From assembly GCA_951406725.2 (NCBI GenBank), contig OX597833.1, positions 34,844,001 to 34,908,000 on the forward strand: DNA of 64,000 nt, written 5' to 3'. Made by a program: the position numbers and the translations under genes. Shown piece by piece: positions 55,555-64,000 of the stretch. The stretch comes from Octopus vulgaris. Its lineage: Eukaryota. Each line of letters opens with the position of its first letter. Position 1 is the stretch's first letter. The notes beneath the pieces were generated by a model that worked only from the letters and a program-made list of their open reading frames with translations, was not told where the DNA came from and did no database searches.

Positions 55555-55823
55555 TACATACACACATATATATATATACACATATACATATATACATATA
55601 CATATATACGACGGGCTTCTTTCAGTTTACATCTACCAAATCCACTCACAAGGCTTTGGTTGGCCCGAGGCTATAGTAAAGGGCACTTGCCCAAGATGCC
55701 ACGCAGTGGAACTGAACTCGGAGCCATGTGGTTGGTAAGCAAGCTACTTACCACACAGCCACTCCTGCGCCTATAGCCACTCCTGCGCCTATTGCCACTC
55801 CTGCGCCTATTGCCACTCCTGCG

Positions 55824-55829
<6 letters not shown>
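55270..55829 (-). mobile_element. SINE family A, full length, with four 18-bp repeats at its 5' end
   Basis: All domains present; (GCCACTCCTGCGCCTATW)4. Confidence 0.9.
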
Positions 55830-55915
<86 letters not shown>

Positions 55916-55963
55916 CATATATATACACACATGTTTATATAAATATATGCATGCGTACATACA

Positions 55964-55994
<31 letters not shown>

Positions 55995-56959
55995 GTATTT
56001 GTACAAGCATTATAAGTTCTTTTTGCATATTCAAATTACGAAATATTTGTATTGTTATGAAAAAAAATGACAACTGAAAGAGTGGAAGATAAAAGATAAA
56101 GGAAAGAGAACAACTGCGCATGTTTGTACGTTTTTTTCTCTTAATAAGACTGAAAAACCTTACCACGTTACATGACTCATAGATTACCAGTCAACAGAAA
56201 AAAACAAACTATATCTTGTTTTACGAGAGCTTTAGAAATGCTATTCTCGCCATATCAACTGGCGACAAAAATCATCTTATCTGCTGGCTGTAATCCCAGT
56301 GAAGGGCGTAACTACAATTCGTGGTATAACTTAGGACGCTTTGACACACGTAAAATGAATAGAAACGGTATTTGCATGATATAGTTATAATTCACGCTAG
56401 GTCTTATGCTAAGCAACATACCGTTCCGCCCAAAACTCATGCATAAAATTTCAACTTGCCTACCCCAGTTGAAATTAGATTATCTTATTGACTTTGTCAT
56501 TCTATAGAAACATGAAATTCGTGATCTCTTTTGCGTTCCAGTCTTGCAAGGGGCTACGTGTTGGACGGGCCTCTACTCATTACAATGCTGAAGTTTACAA
56601 CAAATAACACAATGGCTCCAAAATGGCGAAATGCTGACTAACTCAGAGCCTCTGCATTTATTTACAATGCTTTCGAAATACAACGCCTGTTGGCTCATGG
56701 TCAGACTTCAAACAAACGTTTATGCCACTGTAACTTTGGGGGCTTTAAGACACGTAAACCAAGCTTGGTTTGTTGAAAATAAATCAGAAATATCTGAGCT
56801 TCTAGATATCGGGTATAAATTACACCAGAAATTGCTTAATCCTAATTTATCTGGAACAGAATAATTAGAGAAATTATTAATGTGCCGTAAATCAGCTTTG
56901 CAGAAAGGACTAAGGACAATGAATAATGTGTGGTAGTTGAACATATACTTAGATATTTG

Positions 56960-57350
56960 TTTGGCTTTTGACAAAAAAGACTAAAAATCAAAATTTGGTC
57001 CCCTCCAATCAATTATTATTCCTCTCCCTTTTAAGATGTATATGTCTTACTCAGTGGTATGGAAGGTATTCTGAAGACATGAACAGCGCATTTCACGGAT
57101 CTTTTTTGCAATCTATTCATAATATATACGAGCATTGCCGAGAAAATTGCTTGGATAGCTCCTTCCCCTGCATGAATTGGTGGTATCTTAGCTAAGTTTG
57201 TTGAGTATAATGACGATGTAGTGGCTAATCTTGTGACCACATTAATTGTTAACGCATAGCATGGTTCACTGGTCCTGCAGAATCAGAGAGACTCAATTGT
57301 GATTTCATTGTACAAGGGTAAAAGGTGTCAAATAAACTGTGATAACTGAC
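56960..57350 (+). mobile_element. RTE-clade LINE remnant
   Basis: RDSIVISLYKGKRCQINCDN*R. Confidence 0.6.
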
Positions 57351-57475
57351 GTTGTGGTTTCTTATTTGGAACTGGAAATAAGATATTTACCTGGCCTTTA
57401 TTGAATCATTTGCTGATACTCATGTGCTTCAATGTAGTCCCAGTGTCTTAATGTGGACTGACATCTAGCAGGTAT

Positions 57476-57524
<49 letters not shown>

Positions 57525-57629
57525 TATATATAATATATATATATTAAATCTCAGAATGAGATTGAAACAGTAATCGCTCGATAATGTAAAGTATAGAAGC
57601 CATGATAAGATGGCTTCTATACTTTACAT

Positions 57630-57684
<55 letters not shown>

Positions 57685-57798
57685 ATATTTCGGAATGGTC
57701 ATATTGCCAGTTTAGCCAATAAAAACACACGCACTATATATTTGGTGTTATTTTGCTTCAGTGATATTTATTTTTTACATTAATCTTAATCTTATTCC

Positions 57799-57843
57799 GG
57801 CCAAAGTTCTTTCGTCACACTCCTGTGACCGCATCAGTGGTCC
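57799..57843 (-). ncRNA. Hammerhead-like motif (mirror copy in left arm of palindrome)
   Basis: Reverse complement of 57978-58022. Confidence 0.6.
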
Positions 57844-57977
57844 TTTGTTTTCTTCTCACTTACTTGTGTCTCTCCTTACTAACCGTCAGCCATTTTGTAT
57901 TTCTATTGTATACAATAGAAATACAAAATGGCTGACGGTTAGTAAGGAGAGACACAAGTAAGTGAGAAGAAAACAAA

Positions 57978-58022
57978 GGACCACTGATGCGGTCACAGGA
58001 GTGTGACGAAAGAACTTTGGCC
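57978..58022 (+). ncRNA. Minimal type-I hammerhead-like motif
   Basis: GGACCA-CTGATGC-G-GTCACA(GGAG)TGTGAC-GAAAG(AA)CTT-TGGCC. Confidence 0.6.
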
Positions 58023-58234
58023 GAAATAAGATTAAGATTAATGTAAAAAATAAATATCACTGAAGCAAAATAACACCAAATATATAGTGCGTGTGTTTTT
58101 ATTGGCTAAACTGGCAATATGACCATTCCGAAATATAACAATATCTGTTTCAACACACGACTTCACATAAAAAATCTTGCACAACAAATATTTAAACGTA
58201 TATATATATATACATATATACACACACACACATA

Positions 58235-58670
58235 CTCTTTTACTCTTTTACTTGTTTCAGTCATTTGACTGTGGCCATGCTGGAGTACCGCCTTTAGTCG
58301 AGCAAATCGACCCCAGGACTTATTCTTTGTAAGCCCAGTACTTATTCTATCGGTCTCTTTTGCCGAACTGCTAAGTTACAGGGACGTAAACACACCAGCA
58401 TCGGTTGTCAAACGATGTTGGAGGTGGGGACAAACAGACACACAAACATATACACACACATACATATATATAAATACATATATACGACAGGCTTCTTTCA
58501 GTTTCCGTCTACCAAATCCACTCACAAGGTTTTGTTCGGCCCGAGGCTATAGCAGAAGACGCTTGTCCAAGGTGCCACGCAGTTGGACTGAACCTGGAAC
58601 CATATGGTTCATAAGCAAGCTATTTACCACACAGCGACACCTACGCCTCCACACAGCCACTCCTACGCCT
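58235..58670 (-). mobile_element. SINE family A, full length
   Basis: All domains present; 22-bp duplication at the 5' end. Confidence 0.9.
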
Positions 58671-58830
58671 ACATATTTAGCGTCAGACAGTTCCAAGAGA
58701 TGTGCATAGAGCAAAGAATATACACACCCTTTGTTCTCCATATACGTTGCAGCTGTAATTGCTCATGCATTAAAAGACTATGATTAGAGCATCTTTGTTA
58801 TCGCATAACGGGCAAACAGTTTAATCTGAA

Positions 58831-59118
58831 TTACGGAGATGTACTTGCATAGCAAGTGACCTGATCTGAGATCGTGTGCTGGAACGAAAACAATTGCAGC
58901 GTGGAAGGTGTTTATAAGCAATTTAAGAAACACACAAAATCCGTTAGATTCACTTCAACATTTAAATTTAATTTGTGCAGCACGGAATTTTGTAATTTTG
59001 TCAGTGAACAGGTTGTGGTCTCAAAACGACGAAAATATTTTGAGAAATTAAATTTAAATGTTGAAGTGAATCTAACGGATTTTGTGTGTTTCTTAAATGG
59101 CTTATAAACACCTTCCAC
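58831..59118. mobile_element. Penelope-like inverted terminal-repeat insertion
   Basis: 74-bp inverted arms (58901-58974 and 59045-59118); 15-bp direct repeat ACAGTTTAATCTGAA at 58816 and 59117. Confidence 0.7.
58997..59047 (+). ncRNA. Minimal type-I hammerhead motif with G3:C8 core
   Basis: TTTGTCA-GTGAACA-G-GTTGT(GGTCTCAAA)ACGAC-GAAAATATTT-TGAGAAA. Confidence 0.7.
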
Positions 59119-59139
59119 AGTTTAATCTGAAGCGTCTAA

Positions 59140-59800
59140 AAATTAAATCGATATTTGTGACTCTAGTGAGCAATTTGCTGCATGCTGATATGATGTAGTG
59201 GCTCACAAAGAACAACATATTCGAAAAACGATGATGTTTTTCTATAGTGCTTGTATATGTTCAAATGACCATGTTAGATGTAGCGGATTATTTTGTGTGA
59301 CTAGTCAGCTTTCAAGATTCTGAGATCAACATCAGTATTAAAAAAAGTTTTATGTTCGGGACACCGGGGTATCGAATCTAGTCAGACAAGAATTAAAACA
59401 GTTCACCAAACTTTGCGTACGCTAAGCATACGTTATCACATCACTGTCATACTCATCTGAGACATAGATTCCATACCGACGGTATATAAAAGTATTCAAA
59501 AGTTTATACGGGAACTGTCTAAAATATATATTAAACATTAGCTGGAAATCTTTTACACTTGACATAGAAATTCTGAAAAAGAGGGCTGTCTCATTATGGA
59601 AGACCATCTTATCATATGGAAGATCACCAATACATTTTATGCGATGGAATGGTCATCTGTCTTGAAGATATCAGGCTGCAAAAGATTATTACTTTATCAA
59701 TTCTAGACAAGTGAAAAAAAGGAAGGAAATAAGAGAGATTTCATGATATCACAAAAGCCAACGCCTTGCGGCCTTGCAAATCACTTTATCTAATCGGGAG
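59140..59800 (+). mobile_element. RTE-clade LINE remnant
   Basis: LLHAD (YADD), RWNGHL and KRFHD-like motifs in order. Confidence 0.55.
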
Positions 59801-60223
59801 TATCCCATTCTGACCAGTAGCGGAATGACAGTTTATAACTAGGAAAGACAACAAGCGGTTTGAGAAAAACAGTATTGTCTATCAAATAAAGAACTGTAGT
59901 GCCATAGACTTCAGTCTGTCAAAGTCCTCTATGCTGACGGTGTAGCGATGATCGTACACTTTTTCTATGTGTATTACACTTTCAAATGTCAGTCTTGTCA
60001 TCCAGAAAAAGTTACATTTAACGTTATTTAAATGCATGAAGCTGCAGTAGCCCCAGTAGAACACTACTGTCCTTTATGTTCAAAACTGTGGTCATCTGCC
60101 ATATTGAAAAATCCATTTTGGACGAATGTACAAGTGCGGAGTAGCTGTTGGTGTCGTTCTTGACAAAATTATGTGCTCCCTTCATCACAATCGAGTTGAC
60201 GATCATTACCATGTATATCGTAA

Positions 60224-60254
<31 letters not shown>

Positions 60255-60424
60255 TGTATGTATGTATGTATGTATGTATGTATGTATGTATGTATGTATG
60301 TATATCATACATATTTATTTCAAGATTTTTTCCAAGTAGAGTAATAGCTGGTTTCTAACCTAGATCCAAGGTTCCTTCACTGGAATTTCAACAGAATCAA
60401 CAAGATATGTATGTACTTCTATTC

Positions 60425-60640
60425 TTTTATTCTTTTATTTGTTTCAGTCATTTGATTGCAGACATGCTGGAGCGCCGCCTTTAGCCGAACAAATCGACCC
60501 CCAGGACCTATTCTTTGTAAGTCTAGTATTTATCCTATGGATCTCTTTTGCCAAACTGCTAAGTTACGGGGACGTAAACACATCAACATCAGTTGTCAAG
60601 CGATGCTGGTGGGGGGACAAACACAAATACATACATATGT
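60425..60640 (-). mobile_element. SINE family A, 3' part
   Basis: Matches the other family A copies. Confidence 0.8.
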
Positions 60641-60654
60641 ATATATATATGTAA

Positions 60655-61060
60655 CTATTGGGAGACTCTCGTACAGCTCTGAGTTCTTCATCCTCAGTGT
60701 GTACTGATTAATGTTTAGAACCATTCTCAGCGTTCTCGTGTAGCACCCATCCACCATCTAAGTGAGTTTCTTGGTCAGTGTCCAAGTCTCAGACTCGTAC
60801 AACAGTACACACTCCACTGCAGCAACGAAGAGACGGATCTTCAGATCTTTACGAAGTCTTCCATACAGATTTCAAAGATTAGCTGGACATGTTCACCGTC
60901 ATTCAGAGTTGATACTGCACTCAGTGCTCTTGTGGGAGCCCCTGCACAGACATACTAAAAGAAGAGACCGAGGATGACACTGGTCTCTGGGAGACACAGG
61001 ACATGGCAGTGATGATGAGGGACAAAGACCGCTGGCGAGAACTCGTCCATGGATCTTGAG
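60655..61060 (+). mobile_element. RTE/RTE-X LINE 3' remnant
   Basis: RLAGHVHRHSELILHSVLLWEPLHRHTKRRDR. Confidence 0.7.
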
Positions 61061-61084
61061 AATTTTACCCGCCTTATATATATA

Positions 61085-61300
61085 TATTATATAAAATCCG
61101 TTCTGTCTGTCTGTGTGTGTGCCTTCTAGAATCTCGGATATCCTATATCCGATTGCGCTCAAATTTGATATGTAGATACTGACAGTATCAGGGCGTGTAT
61201 AAGTTTTGATAAAAGTTACAAAAATTGATTCCAGGTGAGAATGCGATCGATAAAGCCGTTTTTGTCCTGCTTTTCTTCCGTCAACCTGTACATAACTGCA
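61085..61300 (+). mobile_element. Helitron-like 5' end (3' end not found)
   Basis: TATTATATAAAATCCGTTCTGTCTGTCTGTGTG...CAAATTTG, similar to the other two Helitron 5' ends. Confidence 0.5.
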
Positions 61301-61647
61301 CCTTCCATTTTTTGTTGTTTCTGTACTGCTTAAAGTCAAGTTTCTTTCCTGCCAAGCTTACTGTTTAAACCATGTTTGTGTTCTCCCAGTCAACAGCCTT
61401 ATCATTACTGGTACTTTAAACTCTTCGGTTGCATATTTGTGCGAATAAAATCGTTTTTCTTTGGAATAGAAAAAAGTCTATCTTTATTTCTTCTTTTGCT
61501 GGTGTCTCAAATTAAGGCTAAATCAGTGTTTCTCAAAGGGGAGGCCTAAGGGACGGTCGGACAAGTTGTTTTGAGAAAATTTGGTTTAAATGTTTGACAA
61601 CTCAGCACCGTCCATTGTACGGGGGGAGTTTTGCTCGTATACATACA

Positions 61648-61735
<88 letters not shown>

Positions 61736-61989
61736 AAGTAGATTTGTATATTTTGTTTTATGTATATATTCCCATGCATATAGTTGCATGTCTAGATGCT
61801 CATATATACTTAAATAATAAACTTTTGGAAAGTTTTACAGGCTATGTATGTATGTATGTATGTATGTATATGTATGTGTGTGTGTATGTATGTATGTATG
61901 TATGTATGTATGGATGGATGGATGGATGGATGTACGTACGTACGTATGTATGTATGTATGTATGCTTGTATGTACAGAGTGCAATATGT

Positions 61990-63592
61990 ATTTGAGGGCA
62001 TTTAATTATCAGTATATTACTGTCTTCAAATAATTAAACCTTTTTAATTTCTTTCAGTTACCAAGTTCAGATAAAAGCTAACACAAGAAATGAAAAGAAA
62101 TGCAGTCAATCTTGCCATATGTGTACATTTAAAAATTTTCAATTTTCTAAATGTTGTAAGATCTTTTGTACACAAAGTTCGGGTGGAATTAGAAGCCTCT
62201 TGCGGGAATATCTCAACTGTATCGAAGAGGAAAAAAACTTTGAAAACTTTCGGACACCACAAGGACACAGCAATTCAGCTAATGGGTTCAAAATATCAAT
62301 GATGATCCCGGAAAAATCAATGATGGCCATCGTCAAAGAGCTCCAGGAATCGAAATGTACTCTCAGGATTGTGGTGCACTGGTACCTTTGGTACAAACTG
62401 TATATACTAAAAAGAAAAAAAGTGAAGGCAATTCGTAATTGCCAAGACGCAGGGAGACCGTTTGATCCATCCTAAGCGGTTACTTAACAAGGTTAGAACC
62501 CCTCAAAAACATGGCATGTTCGAACATTCTTCACTGATGTGTAAAGCTTCGACCAAGACGAAATGTCTTGACGGCTAAGAGGAGAAACGACAGATGGTTA
62601 TGTACAGACCATTTCCATGTTCCCAGAGTGATTCACACTAAGTAACCAGTCTGAGACCCCATTCGGTCACGACACAGACCATGGGATTGCACCTAGAAGT
62701 TACCCTCCCAGGAACAAGTCCGGGCAAGGTTGTTTATGGAAGACCAGCAGTCGCCCATGCGTACCTGCCTCCCCTCTCCACGCCACCAGTGTTCCAAGGG
62801 AAAGGCAAAGACCCATACAGCTTGGCACCTGTGACGTCGCAACTCATTTCTACAGCTGAATGAACTGAAGCAACGTGAAATAAAGTGCCTTGCTCAAGAA
62901 CACAACACGCAGCCCGGCCCGGGATTCGAGCTCACAACCTCACGATTGTAAGCTCGACGCTCTAAACTCTGAGCCATGCGCCTTCACAAGTAACCAGTAA
63001 CTGCGACAATTTTAGGAGTGTGAGTGATGTAGGTCGTGTCATGTCGCCTCATATCTTTCCACAGTGCCTAATAATTGATGCTGCTGGATACATTTGAGGT
63101 GCTAGAGACAGTTGTTGGGCTCTGGATAGGTGAGATACGTAGTGGGAGATCAAACATGCCTCCACAAGATTCAATTTCATACAAAGCCTTTTTAACACAA
63201 GAACTGGATGTTAGACTATCTTTACAATTGTAACACCAAACTTGTAACACCAAACTTACCAGATTTAAACCCAACGGACCACTACATTTGGAGCATTGTT
63301 TTAAAGAGTACTAATCTACATCATCACAAAGCCATAGCTTCAATGTAGCTGCCATCGTCCACGTGATGTCCGAAATGAACAAGGACCATTTAGTGCGGGC
63401 ATGTCAACGACTCTGATCCCACACTTAAGCAGTCATTAAAGCGAAAGGCTCGTTCATAGGATAATCTAATAAGAAAGTTTATCGAGAGCATGTGAGAACA
63501 AAAGCACACATTTTTATTAAAGTGCATTTTATTTTGCCAGATTAGAGTTCTTTTATTAAATTACCAAATATGCTCTCAAATACCTCTCGTAC
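61990..63592 (+). mobile_element. Tc1/mariner-superfamily element, degenerate with insertions
   Basis: HTH region PEKSMMAIVKELQESKCTLRIVVH; C-term PNLPDLNPTDHYIWSI at about 63250; ends ...CTCTCG-TA. Confidence 0.65.
62651..62987 (-). mobile_element. SINE family C, full length
   Basis: A and B boxes on the minus strand; 11-bp TSD AAGTAACCAGT at 62640 and 62988. Confidence 0.9.

Positions 63593-64000
<408 letters not shown>

Larger units (their letters stand above)
57677..58144. repeat. 468-bp zero-spacer palindrome (234-bp arms, 1 mismatch)
   Basis: Centre ...TTCTATTGTA|TACAATAGAA... between 57910 and 57911; mirror ORFs 57761+ and 58060- differ at one residue. Confidence 0.97.

Overview
AT-rich, microsatellite-dense eukaryotic non-coding DNA, with no intact host protein-coding gene that I can recognise. 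Almost all ORF-track entries are microsatellite translations or transposon debris. The SINE families and (AT)n/(CA)n/(TACA)n load suggest an octopus or other cephalopod genome (inference). The window is mostly dead transposons: pogo/Tigger, several Tc1/mariner, MULE, hAT and non-autonomous Helitrons; RTE, CR1-type, CRE and R4/Dong-type LINE remnants; Penelope-like fragments; and three tRNA-derived SINE families. Four signals stand out. (1) A set of minimal type-I hammerhead-ribozyme folds in Penelope-like terminal-repeat fragments, mostly next to (AT)n, with non-canonical cores. One has a compensatory G3:C8 swap, and the four best-preserved motifs have one extra nucleotide after position 9. 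(2) A 468-bp zero-spacer palindrome carrying such a motif on each strand. (3) Four copies of an R4/Dong-like retrotransposon that all end in (TACA)n; three share a covarying 3' stem-loop. (4) A short templated insertion copied from about 3 kb away. All calls are by eye and coordinates of degenerate elements are approximate.
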